Positions 1 through 11,600 of a stretch of 53,318 nucleotides of DNA are shown piece by piece. Origin of the DNA: an uncultured Gammaproteobacteria bacterium. Lineage in GTDB: Bacteria > Patescibacteriota > Microgenomatia > UBA1406 > GWC2-37-13. The stretch's first letter is position 1; each line of letters starts with the position of its first letter. The notes under the pieces are model-generated. The model saw nothing but the letters and a program-made list of their open reading frames with translations, made no database searches and had not been told where the DNA came from. The position numbers were made by a program, and so were the translations under genes. Where the stretch lies: NCBI GenBank assembly GCA_964349415.1, contig CAYGGJ010000001.1, positions 1-53,318 on the forward strand, written 5' to 3'.

Positions 1-54
1 CTTATGCTTCTCGCAGGCGCGGTGATGCTTCTTTCGCGCCGAAAAGAGCCGTAA
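1..54 (+). CDS. 3' end of a CDS truncated by the window edge (...LMLLAGAVMLLSRRKEP*); hydrophobic stretch plus basic tail
   Basis: Frame 1 is open from nt 1 to TAA at 52-54. A hydrophobic run followed by RRK resembles a C-terminal anchor or sorting-signal tail. Too short to say more. Confidence 0.25.
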   Translation, partial: LMLLAGAVMLLSRRKEP

Positions 55-83
55 CTTGGTTTTTGATCATCTATAATTAAAAG

Positions 84-1163
84 ATGAGGAAGCATCGACT
101 CCTTCTCGCATTCCTTCTTTTTCTGGCAGGCATTCTATTTGTTTATTTTCAATTCAGACAGGAGAACGTCGCACCCATCCAAAAAAGAGGTGAAGTAAAA
201 CAGAAAGAGGACAGCGAGAAAACCCCAGTTCCGATCACGCAGACCTCGCTTTTTGTACCTTCGTGGACACTTGACGACTCACCACTCCCCGGAAATTACG
301 ACAGATTCATATATTTTGGTGTTACCGGGACGGCCAGTGGCATTGAGATCGAAGACGAGGGGTATCAAAGCCTTGCAAATTTTTTAGAAGCTGTACCTGA
401 GGGTTCAAAGAAACTTCTGACCGTCAAGATGACCAATTCCTCAACAAACCTGGCGGTTTTAAAAAACAAAGAAGCACAAAGGATGATCATCAATGAGTCG
501 ATAAAGATAGCGCGGGATAATAAATTTGACGGTCTGGTTTTGGACTTCGAGCTTTTTAGTCTGTTTAACGAGAGTTCAACTCAGATAAACTCATTTGTGG
601 CTGATTTTTATGGACCTGTCAAGCAAAATAATCTTAGCTTTGCCCTCACTATTTACGGCGATGTTTTCTACCGCAAAAGACCGTACGATCTGGACTTTTT
701 GGGGAAAAACAGCGATGAGATTATGATCATGGCCTATGATTTTCACAAAAGTATCGGAGAGCCGGGTCCAAATTTTCCATTATCCGGGAAAGAGAAGTAC
801 GGATATGATATGGAAGTAATGTTGGATGACTATACTGCCAAAGTTTCGCCGGAAAAGCTGACCGTATTGTTTGGGATGTATGGATATGATTGGGCTGTTG
901 ATGAGAAGAAGAGGCCTTTGCGACAGGCTACTGCTCTAAGTTTAAATCAGATACGGTCTAAATACCTCGAGACCTGTGGAAAGACTAATTGCGTACCGTT
1001 TCGTGATGAAAAAGCCAAAGAAAACGAGATAAATTACGTAGATGGTGGATCACTCTACCATATTATCTGGTTTGAAGACGAAGAATCTGTCAAAGAAAAA
1101 AGCGAAATTATTAAGCAAAACGGAGTAGGATCGATCGGCTACTGGGCTTCTGGCTACTTCTGA
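84..1163 (+). CDS. Membrane-anchored glycoside hydrolase family 18-like protein (chitinase/YaaH-like fold)
   Basis: N-terminal TM segment (LLLAFLLFLAGILFVYF). FDGLVLDFE matches the GH18 D-G-x-x-x-D-x-E catalytic strand, as in YaaH-type DGVNIDFE. MAYDFH and a C-terminal GYWASGY are typical GH18 strands. Confidence 0.7.
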   Translation: MRKHRLLLAFLLFLAGILFVYFQFRQENVAPIQKRGEVKQKEDSEKTPVPITQTSLFVPSWTLDDSPLPGNYDRFIYFGVTGTASGIEIEDEGYQSLANFLEAVPEGSKKLLTVKMTNSSTNLAVLKNKEAQRMIINESIKIARDNKFDGLVLDFELFSLFNESSTQINSFVADFYGPVKQNNLSFALTIYGDVFYRKRPYDLDFLGKNSDEIMIMAYDFHKSIGEPGPNFPLSGKEKYGYDMEVMLDDYTAKVSPEKLTVLFGMYGYDWAVDEKKRPLRQATALSLNQIRSKYLETCGKTNCVPFRDEKAKENEINYVDGGSLYHIIWFEDEESVKEKSEIIKQNGVGSIGYWASGYF

Positions 1164-1185
1164 CGTAGCATGAAGCATATGGTAC

Positions 1186-1491
1186 TTAGGTTTTTGTTTT
1201 TCGTTTCACGTTATGTGTTTCAGGTTTCGCGCTTCGCTTAAAAGCGCCAAGTTCTTTTAATTTCCACATGAAGAGAGCCGATCTGTTTCTGGCGTTTGCA
1301 TCCGAAACAAACCTGTAAGCTTTGTCCAATATGGGTCTTGGAATGGTTTTTGCAAACTTGATATACATGCTTATATGTTTTTCATCACCTAGTTTTTGAG
1401 CAAGATTGACGCCATAAGCTTGATATTCGCGGGACACATACCTATCCTCAAAGGGATCAAACTTATCAAGAATATCTCGAATGGTTTTCAT
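1186..1491 (-). CDS. Hypothetical small basic protein
   Basis: Clean 101-aa ORF, co-directional with the downstream pth/grx cluster. No motif recognised. Confidence 0.5.
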   Translation of the reverse strand: MKTIRDILDKFDPFEDRYVSREYQAYGVNLAQKLGDEKHISMYIKFAKTIPRPILDKAYRFVSDANARNRSALFMWKLKELGAFKRSAKPETHNVKRKTKT

Positions 1492-1536
1492 GGTAAGGAA
1501 TTGTAAATTTTTAGAAGTAAATTTGCAACGTCGATG

Positions 1537-2382
1537 TTATTTGGGGAAGTCCGGGATCGCAGGAGGCTTTGGTGCATCTGCGGGTGGCTGATCGGTTGGT
1601 GCCGGTGGAGGAGGTGTTGGTTGATCTGAAGGGCTGGGGACATGGGTTGTCGGCATATCGCTTCCTCCGGGTGGTGTGGCCGGTCCGGGCGGAATATCAG
1701 ATGCTTTTGATTGAAGATCTTTAAGAATAGCTGCAAGAGGATCACTTGCTGCGGATTCTGTTGGTTCCGGAATACTCGGTGTGGATGCTGGAGCCGGTGG
1801 TACATCAACTACAGGCGATGGTGTTGGATCGACTACAGGAGGTTCTACTACCGGTGGAGGGGTTGGTTCCGGAGCAGCTGGCGGAGGAGGTGTATCTGAT
1901 GGACCCGGTGGTGCAAGAGTATCGCTCATGGCTGAAACCTGTGGTTCAGGCATACTAGGAGTAGTAGGTTCAACCGGTGCAGACGGTGGTGTGGGTGTTT
2001 CAGCGACAGGTGGTTCTATTACCGGAGGGGGTGTTGGTTCAGGTTGCGGTGCCGGTGCAGGAGGTTCGACTACAGGTGGTTGAGCCGGCTGATCGCTTGG
2101 GGGAGTTGGTTGATCAGAAGCAGCGGAGACTGCAACTCCACTAAGCGCTTTATCAAACTCTTCTTGCGTGAAACCTTTTAGCACTACGGTTTGACCGTCA
2201 TCTTTTTCTATTTTGGTTACCGGAACGCCCTTAAAGTTATTTCCTGCGGTAAGCATTTCATTCAGAAACTCACGGTTTTGGTCAAGGTTTTTTTCTTCGA
2301 AGGCAATGCCTTTTGATTGCAGGTAGGTCTTTTCTTGGTCGCAGAATGGGCAGTTATTAATAGTGTACAACGTCACTTTCAT
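1537..2382 (-). CDS. Glutaredoxin/NrdH-like thioredoxin-fold protein with a ~190-aa proline-rich C-terminal extension
   Basis: N-terminus MKVTLYTINNCPFCDQEKTYLQSKGIAFEEKNLD carries a CPFC active site and the glutaredoxin layout (GVPVT...). The remainder is P/T/E/A-rich low complexity (PPVVEPP, PTPPP repeats). Confidence 0.8.
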   Translation of the reverse strand: MKVTLYTINNCPFCDQEKTYLQSKGIAFEEKNLDQNREFLNEMLTAGNNFKGVPVTKIEKDDGQTVVLKGFTQEEFDKALSGVAVSAASDQPTPPSDQPAQPPVVEPPAPAPQPEPTPPPVIEPPVAETPTPPSAPVEPTTPSMPEPQVSAMSDTLAPPGPSDTPPPPAAPEPTPPPVVEPPVVDPTPSPVVDVPPAPASTPSIPEPTESAASDPLAAILKDLQSKASDIPPGPATPPGGSDMPTTHVPSPSDQPTPPPPAPTDQPPADAPKPPAIPDFPK

Positions 2383-2419
2383 AAGTTACATTTCATTATG
2401 AACAACTCTAACTTTTTTG

Positions 2420-2956
2420 TCAAGGGAAACTTTGCAATACTTTGGGAAATACTTCGTCGGTCAGCTTCTTTTCCTCTTCTGCAGTGAAGTTCTGTAAGAC
2501 ATATGCTTCGCCGTTCACTCTGTTTTCTGTGGGGCGGTTATCAACGCCGATCCGAATCTGAGTAAAATTTTGTGTCTTAAGATGTTCTTCTATTGAAAGG
2601 AGGCCGTTATGAGTACGCGGACCAAGTCCCTCATGTATTTTAAAATCTCCCAGTCCTATATCGAGATCATCGTAAACTACCGCCAGATCCCCAACGGGGT
2701 ACTTGTAGTAGTCAAGTATTTTTTTGACTGCCTGACCTGATCTATTCATAAAGGTTTGAGGCTTTACAAAAAGACAATTCATATCTTTAAACGTGACATT
2801 ATAGATAATGCTATCCAGTTTTTGATTGTTATCCTCTGATCTCAATTGTAAGTCCTCATTTTTGAGTAAAAAATCGATCATAATAAATCCCACATTATGG
2901 CGGTTATATTGATATTCCTTCCCAGGATTTCCCAAGCCGATATAAATTTTTTTCAT
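2420..2956 (-). CDS. pth: Peptidyl-tRNA hydrolase
   Basis: GLGNPGKEYQYNRHNVGF signature with catalytic His. FVKPQTFMNRSG and HNG motifs. Length typical for Pth. Confidence 0.93.
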   Translation of the reverse strand: MKKIYIGLGNPGKEYQYNRHNVGFIMIDFLLKNEDLQLRSEDNNQKLDSIIYNVTFKDMNCLFVKPQTFMNRSGQAVKKILDYYKYPVGDLAVVYDDLDIGLGDFKIHEGLGPRTHNGLLSIEEHLKTQNFTQIRIGVDNRPTENRVNGEAYVLQNFTAEEEKKLTDEVFPKVLQSFP

Positions 2957-2962
2957 AAGAAT

Positions 2963-3712
2963 TTATCTTGATATGACAAGCTTTTTAACACCGGTTCTTA
3001 AAGACTTCCCCTCTTTATCGGTAAGTACAAATTGATAGGTATACTGTTCGTTCTCCAGCAGTTCTGTTAAAACTACTTGATGGATAGTAGAAACTTCCTT
3101 TGAGACGTCCTTCGTAATGCTTTTCCTGCTCTTTGTGTTAGTGATTATAATTTGTGACTTAAGTGGAGTGTTGGTGCGGAACCCAAGTAGTATATAGCGT
3201 CCTGATTTTATTATACTCAATGTTTTGAACAAATCTGAAGCTTCGGATCTTATTGTAGATCTATTTTGAATAGTGCTAAAGGTAAGGTATGTAGTACCGG
3301 CAAGGACTAGTATAATAAATACTACGAGGACAGAATGAATAGTGGCAAAAGGCTTATCCCAGGTCTTGTAATAATCGATTTTCGCACCCTGTGCTTTTTT
3401 AAATTTCAACAAATCATTGGCATAGGTAAAAACACCTGAGCATGAGGGGCATAAAAACAGAATTACATTGGATGGCACTGCTTGCGTATTGGAAAGTGGA
3501 GAGAGGGGGCTAAAGTCTTTCGGGCAGACCTTATCCTTTGGGGATATGAGATTTTGATATTTTTCTGCAGAAAGCTTTAGGGCTGTGTCAAAGGTGATAC
3601 GGTTGATTCCGTTTTCCTCAAAAAAACTTGCCCCGCAGCTTGCACAATGGCTTACATATTGATTGTCGTAGTAGTCAGACTTCATCATTTCTGAGCAGTT
3701 AGGGCAGAGCAT
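2963..3712 (-). CDS. Zinc-ribbon (TFIIB-type) membrane protein, function unknown
   Basis: Two CxxC...CxxC ribbons (CPNCSEMM...CASCG; CPKD...CPSCSG), one TM helix (VLVVFIILVLAGTTYL) and a beta-rich C-terminal domain. The start is moved to the internal Met at 3712 (MLCPNC) because the longer ORF overlaps the divergent gene. Confidence 0.6.
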   Translation of the reverse strand: MLCPNCSEMMKSDYYDNQYVSHCASCGASFFEENGINRITFDTALKLSAEKYQNLISPKDKVCPKDFSPLSPLSNTQAVPSNVILFLCPSCSGVFTYANDLLKFKKAQGAKIDYYKTWDKPFATIHSVLVVFIILVLAGTTYLTFSTIQNRSTIRSEASDLFKTLSIIKSGRYILLGFRTNTPLKSQIIITNTKSRKSITKDVSKEVSTIHQVVLTELLENEQYTYQFVLTDKEGKSLRTGVKKLVISR

Positions 3713-3778
3713 GAAATAAGTATACAGAACTTTATTTTGGATATTGCAAAATACTATAGATTCCTCTATGGTTATTGT

Positions 3779-4132
3779 ATGAATAAACAGGCTGATGAAT
3801 TCCGCCAGTTTATTGAGGTAGAAGTCCTTAAAATCATAAAGAAACTTATTCAGGCAGGTGAAACACCCAAAGAAGAAATTCATGAAATCTCCCAGCTTAC
3901 CCTTGATCTTATAAAGCCCGGCATGACAATAGAAGAGCTTTATTCAAACGCTGTAAAACTCGATGATAAAAATTCGAAACTTGCTCCTCTTGTGCACGTG
4001 ATTATGAATGCATACGAGACCCACTTTGAACACAAAGCAATAGATCAGGTTGCCGGACTTATTAAGTCGGGAAAATATGATGACGCCCAAGACATGGTTA
4101 AAAAAGTTTTAGAGTTTAAAATTTCATCTTAA
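3779..4132 (+). CDS. Hypothetical small helical protein
   Basis: ORF with ATG at 3779. Its stop lies 1 nt before the next gene's ATG (TAATATG), so it is the first gene of a + strand operon ending in the giant gene. Confidence 0.5.
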   Translation: MNKQADEFRQFIEVEVLKIIKKLIQAGETPKEEIHEISQLTLDLIKPGMTIEELYSNAVKLDDKNSKLAPLVHVIMNAYETHFEHKAIDQVAGLIKSGKYDDAQDMVKKVLEFKISS

Positions 4133-4133
4133 T

Positions 4134-5201
4134 ATGGCAGGACCAGCAGCACCCCCGGTAGAAGCCCCGCGACCAACAGCTGAAGCACCTAAAAAGGTAA
4201 AGCCAAAAGAGCCGGCAATTCCTAGAGAAGAAGCGCAGGAAATGATCGATGTGATAGACGAAGCTGTGGAGGTAAGCGAAGCCGGCGACGGTCAAAAACA
4301 AGCGGGAGATGATAGTGAAACTACAGAGGGCAAAGCTAATGACCCGGAAGGAGCAGGAGAAGATAAGGAGCAGGAAAAAGACAGAAGAACAGAGGTTGCC
4401 CGTGAAGGTCTGGGAGAAATTCTTGTATTATCGGGTTCAAGGATTGCAGGCCGTGATAGAGCGGAAAGAGTGAAAGGGAGAAGCGCCCGCGCCGAAAAAA
4501 AAAGGGAGAAAAGAAAAGAAAAAATATTCGCAAAGGGTAACGAAGATGAAGACATGATTCGTCAGCGGGCTGCCGCACAGATAGAAAAAGGAACAACGCC
4601 TCAGGAGATCTGTGACGGCATAGACGTACTCGATGCACTTGATGCTCGTCGATTAAGAGAACTCCAAGAACGTGTGGGCTACATTGAAAAGAACATTCAC
4701 AAGGAGCCTTCCAAAAGCCAACCAACACTTAAAGGAGAGTACGAAGAGATCACGGCAGAGATTGGTCAGAGGCAGGAATTAATGAAAAACCGGAGCGAAG
4801 TAAGAGCCGGGCATGAAAAAAATTCAGGAGAGAAAATTCCCAACAAGATCGACAATACAGTTCACAACATAATAGTAGAGGTTAGGGGGAAAATGAACGA
4901 GAGAGATGCATATCAACCTCCTGAAGGGTGGCAGAACGACCCTCTTTTAGTAGTTGAAGATCTTGCCAATAAGGCCGGTGAACAACCGGTGATCATGGAG
5001 GCGGTTACCGAATCCATACTTTCACGTGTAGGTCACGAAAATGAAAAAATGGTAAAAGATCTTCTGAAACCAGACAAATGGCGCAAAAGAGGAAAGAGTC
5101 TTTTTATGATCTTACTCATCGCAGTGGCCGGGGGATTAGGACTTCAGGCAAAGAACGCATCTAAATCGGTTAAACAGCAAGGCCAGGGACAGATGGGATA
5201 A
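4134..5201 (+). CDS. Highly charged (K/E/R/D-rich) protein with a C-terminal TM anchor, function unknown
   Basis: 355-aa ORF. The C-terminal hydrophobic helix LFMILLIAVAGGLGL follows a basic stretch (tail-anchor-like). The rest is charged low complexity. Confidence 0.55.
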   Translation: MAGPAAPPVEAPRPTAEAPKKVKPKEPAIPREEAQEMIDVIDEAVEVSEAGDGQKQAGDDSETTEGKANDPEGAGEDKEQEKDRRTEVAREGLGEILVLSGSRIAGRDRAERVKGRSARAEKKREKRKEKIFAKGNEDEDMIRQRAAAQIEKGTTPQEICDGIDVLDALDARRLRELQERVGYIEKNIHKEPSKSQPTLKGEYEEITAEIGQRQELMKNRSEVRAGHEKNSGEKIPNKIDNTVHNIIVEVRGKMNERDAYQPPEGWQNDPLLVVEDLANKAGEQPVIMEAVTESILSRVGHENEKMVKDLLKPDKWRKRGKSLFMILLIAVAGGLGLQAKNASKSVKQQGQGQMG

Positions 5202-5256
5202 AATCCACTTGCATATAGCACGAATTTTTGGTTCTATTAATTAATTACTCTATACT

Positions 5257-5619
5257 ATGGCAGACGCTCTTATACCCGATGAAGTCAAAACTTATATAGA
5301 AGGGCTACTTACAGATGCCGGAATGACAGCTCTTGACGACACCATGAAAGATGAGATGGTTAAAGAACTTTTTGTAAGAGTTGATAACTATCTCGCATCG
5401 GTACTGGTCCAACAACTCCCACAGGAGAATCTTGAGGTATTTATCAAAATGAACGAAGAAAATAAATCCCGTGAAGAAATAGAATCTTTCTTAAAGGAAA
5501 AAATTCCAAATGTTCAGGATGTATTTACCAAAGCCTTTGCAGACTTTCGCACAATGTATTTGGGTAATGTAGCGGTAGCACGTTCTACAGAACCTCAAAA
5601 GGAAGCGGAAAAAAATTAA
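5257..5619 (+). CDS. Hypothetical small acidic helical protein
   Basis: 120-aa ORF in the same operon, ending 18 nt before the giant gene start. Confidence 0.5.
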   Translation: MADALIPDEVKTYIEGLLTDAGMTALDDTMKDEMVKELFVRVDNYLASVLVQQLPQENLEVFIKMNEENKSREEIESFLKEKIPNVQDVFTKAFADFRTMYLGNVAVARSTEPQKEAEKN

Positions 5620-5637
5620 TGAATCCTATACCTTGCA

Positions 5638-8600
5638 ATGCCTGGTGATCCAAGAATAGAAGATGCGAGAAAACACGAGGTAAGGGAAAAACCTTCGCGC
5701 GAACAAGTACTTCAAACCTTCAACGATACTCTCGGTCAGATGAAAGACGCTCCGGATCTTTTGCCGAATGAAAAAAGAGAGCTTGAGCGTATAGAAAAAT
5801 TTGTCGAGCGGACGCTCGATCATCCAAAAGGCTCTCGCCTTAGTGTAGAAAGAACATACCGGCATCCTGACAATCCCGACTGGAGGCTCCGTACTAACGA
5901 AGGGATCCCGGTAGACGGGATGATCGACTACCTAACGCGGGTAATAGATTCAGACGATGTACCAAAAAAGAAAAAGGAAGAGCTTATAAAACAGCGCGCA
6001 GTCCTTGCGAAAAACAGCGTTGACTACCGTCGGGGAAAAAGAGCTGAACCTGCCAACTGGCTGCTGGTCGTAAAAGCATATGCTAAAGAAGAGGGGATCG
6101 ATGATCTCGAAGTAGCAAACGGAGAATTACTGCTCCGACTAGAGCTTTCACTTCCTCCTACCAAAGAGGAGATGGACATTTTAAGAGACACAGGAAGTCT
6201 TGACGAAGCACGTTTTTCTGCAGGAATTGGTATAGACAAACTTCCACCTGCTCCTACCGGAGAAGAACCCACCGACCCTTCGACGCCACCTGCCGAACCA
6301 ACACCTCCGGGAGATTCTCCCGACAGACCCCCACCTGCACCGGAACCGACTCCTCGTGAACCAGTGCCGCCAACCATAGATGATATAAGGGCCGATCAGT
6401 TAAGCGTTATGATCGGTGCGGGAGACGTATCGCTTGAGACCCTTGCAAGACATAAAGCAGAGGTAGAGCTGGAAGACAGAATCCAGCCCGACAAGAGGTT
6501 CTTCAAACGAGTTTGGTATCGCTGGACCAGGGAATTTTATGTTCAAAAATGGACCAAGCAGGCCCTTGAGGCAATGAGGGCAAGTGGTACATCTGCGGTC
6601 TCTTTGAGTTTTGGAAGAAAGGCAGCCGAGGTTCTTTCTACACAGACCGGGGCAATGGAGGCGACGGTAAAGAGCATCAAGGAAAGACTGGAGCTTGGGA
6701 GCATGGGTAAAAGATTCGATGAAAAGGTTACGGAAGCCGAAGGTTTATTGAGACAGGATATTCTCGACAGTATCATCAACCCTGTTGTTGGAGGAGAACG
6801 ACTTACTAAAGAAGAGGTCCAAAAGCGCCTTAGTGAGATTATGACTATTCACAAAGATGAGCCTGCTGTCAGAGAGGTCTTCGGATCGGACGAAGCAATA
6901 TACGGAAAGCTTTCGGAGTTTTATGCCACAGATATTTTAGAGATGGCCAATCTTCTGAGAACACACGAGAAGTCGCTCGAATGGATTGATGAGCATGTAA
7001 AGGTGAAGATGACCAACATGGGGTGGGCAGGAGGAAAAGAAACAGGCGACAAGCTAAGTTGGACAGACAGATTAATACGTCGTGGTCAGAAAAGCAGGAT
7101 TCTTGCTCCCATATTGAGTCCTACCGTAGTCGGAGCCCTTACTTCGATCGGTACTGCTCTTGCGCTTCGAGCTCCTGCGAAAGCACTTTCTGTAGCAGGT
7201 CACATTGCAGTTCCTGGTGCGGGTATGATATCGGGTGGATTCCTTGCAGCATGGAGAAGGAATTTTGAACTAAAGGTCGATAGAAGATTGCAAAGCGAGC
7301 AAAGAAAATACGGTGCAGAAATACCTATTGATGCGAAAAGAAGAATGCGGATGGAAAGTTTTGCCTATGACACTGTAACTGCGGAAAGTTTGCTAAACGG
7401 CTATGTTGACAGGGACGGAGTACATCAGCCGGGGATCCGTCAACTACGAGGTGGATTGGAAACAGAAGAAGGTAGAGAGTCGCTCGTCAAAAAAATAATC
7501 GAAATAGAGGAGCGCATAGATTATTCACTGCGGGAACAAAAAGGCCTCATACGGTACAGTTCTGAGACCTCAGTTGCCCAGGAGCAAACCGCCCTTCTCA
7601 AAGAGTGCGTAGAAATGCGACAGGCACTTAGAGAGGTGGGATTTTCCGATGAGAGAATCAATCTCGTAGCAGAAAGACAGAGAGCTTCTTTTAATCAAAA
7701 CATACAGGAAAGCGACGCTGCGTTTGGAAGGTACCGGCTAAAAGAGTCGCTTAAATCAGGAGGAATAGGTGCAGTTGCCGGTCTTGCGGCAGGGGTTGTT
7801 GGTCATGAACTATGGACAGAAGGTTTGCACTGGGCAGGTGTAGGCGGTGGATCTTATGCTAGGGAAGTAGTAGGAGGAGGTGGGGGGAAGATTAACCCGG
7901 ATACACTTCACGATCTATATGCAAAAGGCGGCAGTCTGCCACTGGAGAATAATTTAGAGATTCGAGTTAATCCTGCCAATCACCACGTATTGCTTATTGA
8001 TTCTACATCAGGAAAACCAGTATCGGTAGATGCGGTCTTTGATCTTCAGAAAAACGGACATATTTACGTTGAAGGAAAACTTCCTGATGAGCTGCAGGAT
8101 CAATTACAAGAGGCAGGACTTAGGGTAAATGAAGGCCCGAAGATAGACGGAGTTAAAATAGTCGAAGAGCCCGGCAGGGGCATGAATGAAGTGGTAGGTC
8201 ACAAAACTTCGATTCCAAAGGGAACGGAATGGATACAGAACCCAAATGATCCGACAAAATGGGATCTTGTGGAAAAAGGACATCCTAAAAACGTATATTT
8301 GAACGATGCTCAGTTTGATGGAGCCGGAAGACTGACGAGTTATGATGTTGCCGGTTCATCTGCAAAAGTAGAACTTGCGGAAGTTGTTACGAAAAGAGAA
8401 ATAGCGGTAGGTGAAGTCGCAGCTGCAGAGCTTGATAAGTATGGTACTAATGTAGGACATAGAGAGTGGTATGGATACAATACTCCTTACTCAGAAAGAA
8501 ACGAATTAACCGCATACAATGCAATATTTGATTCGGCAAATGGTCAAAAAGGAGTGGTGTGGGATATGAGTCATATGCAACTCGGATATCAAGACGGTTT

Positions 8601-11600
8601 AAATCCCAATCCTATTGATGTACAACAGGTGATACGGGACGGACAGGCTGGTTTTGCATTCAGCATTCCGGGACATGAAGGGACTCCGGTCTGGGTGCCG
8701 GATGGAGCAGATGGTGTCTTCGACGGAAGAGTGATTCTTGACCCATCCGACATGACCCACAAAATAAATCCTTTTGATCCAAATAGTATTACAATCGGTG
8801 AACTTTCTCAAAAAATACTCAATCAAAACGCCTTGCAACAGGCAGTGGATGGAAACATTGCTGCAGGACGTGATGCCGGATATCTTGCATCCGAGCTCAC
8901 ACAAAGACAAAATGTTTTCAATCTTGGCTTAAACGGTAAGATGGGTTACATTGAGGCGGGTAGAATGCTTCCAGGTGAGAACGGAAATGTATTTCAAGTT
9001 TTTGCGACAGGACGTGGATCAACCGACGTGCAGTTTGACATCATAAAGGAAGTGCAAACTACGGTCAATCTTACACGTGAAGTACCTATTAAAATCCCGA
9101 CGTACGATCTAACTCCTTTTGACAGAGAAATTTTCCCAATCATTCCTTTTCCATTTGCACCACGTTACCCCTTGGAAAGACTTGGTCCCACAATTATCAC
9201 TCCGGCCCCATTCCCATACTACAGCGGCTACACGAAGCAACAACTAAGGGATTGGTTGCAAGAAGACCCTCGTCGGCACCAGCCGGTAAGAAAAATAAAA
9301 GTAAAAGACGCCGCAGGGAAAGAACGGGAAGTATGGGTAGATGTAGAAGGGAAGCCGTTAGACAGAAGAGTGGAGAGAGAAAGGGAAGTCGTGAGTACCT
9401 ATCTCGACTCGATCCGAACATCAGATCCTACCTATTACGCAGAGTTGGAAAGACTTGCAGCCGAGCCAACCATGCCGGCAATGGGCGACGACACCAGAGT
9501 GGTCATAAACATTCCCGCATGGATGGAGGGAAAAGGAATATATAAAGCGCTTGATGAATATTCCCGTCAGCTGGATAAAGACGGAAACCCGCTCAGCACA
9601 GATCTTTACGAAATAAATATATTAGTAAATAGAAAGACAGGAAGCGCTCCTGACGAAACCCTATCAGAAATACAGAGATTTATAGCTGATGCTCGGGCGA
9701 AAGGTTTGAATCCAAGAATCAACTTTTTAGATGTAGAATTTGACCCCCCTCTTAATGTAGTTGGAAATGCAAGAAAGGTTATGACCGACCTTTCTCTTAT
9801 TCGATCCCTAAGAAGACCAACGCAAGAAAAAGCATTATATATCGAATCTGAGGATGCTGACCTGGTCCACGTTGATCAAAAAACCGTAATCAATATTATT
9901 GACAAGATGGACAATAATCCACACCTAGACGCAGTACGCGGAGTACAAGATCGTTTCCCTGAAGAGATGATGGAAAATGACCTTGTCTTTTTAGCAAGAA
10001 GAATGCAGGACTTCTCGGAGCTTTTTATGAGGAGAAAAAAACTGCGGCCTGAAAATAATCCTGACTCGAACTTTCAGTGGCACCGTGTAATAACAGGCGG
10101 TTGGAATACTGCTTATTCGGCAGAGGCGTATGCTTTAGTCGGAGGATATGATCGGGGTAAAGAAATGGGGGAAGACCTTTTAATTGGAGAAAAATTATCA
10201 ATGATTCGTGGAGATGGGGTAGAACCGAATCTCGATGTAATAGGAAGAGTTCATACAAGGACAGACTCGTCTCCTAGAAGATTCATCGGAGAGGTTATGA
10301 CAGGCGAGAATGCATATTCAAAGACCTTCACAGACGAAGAATTGAATAGAATTATTAAAACGACGCCCATTTCAGAATTAATGGAGATGATCTCTCCATT
10401 TGCCCGGCTCAGCGGATCTAACTGGCATGAATTCCAACGGATAATGGACGCCCATTACAGATGGGTATCGAGTCTTTCTTCAGATAAAGAAATAGGAAAG
10501 GAAGTTTTCGCAGATGTAATGGGATGGCTTGGTTTCAAAAAAGACGATTTTGCATTTACTCAAGCTGCTGACGGAGAACACTTGGCCGTTACCAACTGGG
10601 AAAATGTAAAAGATGCGCTTGAAGACTATAGAACAAGACATACGCGTCCAAGGAAGCGCGGAGAAAGAACAAGGCACGAAAGATTAGCTGAAGCACCTGC
10701 TACGGTACCGACTCCTCCCGTTGATGAACCAGAACCTAAGGCTCCGGAAGTGCCGGAAGGAAAGATTGAATTCCATGAGTTTTACAAGAAAAACAAATTA
10801 GATCTAAGCTCGGTTACACTACCCGACCACTCGCTTGATGAATTAAAGACGAGCAAAGATACTTTTGAGGTAGGTAATTATGTAATAACTAAAGATAAGA
10901 TAGCAGGTAAAGGAGAGTCGGGTAAAGAAGTGCTTTTGGGATATGATAAAACCACGGGTAAAATGTTCGCATTCAAGCAAGTAGACAAAGAAGAGCAGTT
11001 AAAGTTAGCCGATGATCTCAACTATCCCGAAGGAATAAAAGATCCGGAGGATGTGATAAAAGCTGAAGTTGGAGACAACTCATTACTTGGCATATATAAG
11101 GAAAAAATAGATCACGGTGACAGTGTTGTTAAAGTCTATGAACTTTCGGCTCTCGATTTAAGAAATCTACTGGCTCAAAAGGGCGGGGCGCTTCCACCGC
11201 AAGAAGCATTGAAAGTCGCCATTGGGGTAACTGATGCTTTAAGACTATCTCATCAAGCCGGAGTCGTCCACACTGATGTAATCGACAACAACATCTTAAT
11301 AAATGAAGATGGTACGGTTACTCTTACAGATTTTCATGTTGCTGCGATTCAGCCGGAAGGTCAATCTTACACCTTTACCGGATACACTGAAAAATACCAT
11401 GGAATTATGGCCCCGGAATTGCAGGATAAGACCGGAGTAGTTTTTACACCAAGTCTTGATACGTATCAGGCCAGCATCTTGCTCTACCGTACTCTGACAG
11501 GAAAATTTCCATATGGAGGAGGAAGTAGAGCTGAGGTTATGGAAATGCACAAGCAGGGAAAGTTTGAGATTCCTGAGTCAGTCCCTGAGCCAATTCGCAA

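Noticed and set aside
1488-2083. ORFs 1488-1808 (-), 1711-1899 (+), 1746-1958 (+) and 1781-2083 (+) overlapping the glutaredoxin gene tail
   Set aside because: They lie in alternative or antisense frames of the Pro-rich low-complexity region. Their translations are compositional mirror images (Gly/Trp/Arg-rich) with no start context. The Grx frame has a bona fide N-terminal domain.
2963-3883. Long N-terminal extensions in the ORF track (e.g. 2963-3883, 3737-, 15123-15398, 21249-21839, 31721-, 32472-, 37549-40458, 44569-, 48386-)
   Set aside because: The extensions overlap neighbouring genes or intergenic repeats and lack sensible sequence. Internal Met codons give signal peptides, known N-terminal motifs or tight operon junctions, so shorter coordinates were reported.
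4292-4728. Antisense ORFs 4292-4555 and 4336-4728, and the small 4116-4301 ORF
   Set aside because: They are embedded antisense in the charged 355-aa gene. Purine-rich sense codons give stop-poor antisense frames, and their Ser/Leu/Phe-rich translations look non-genic.
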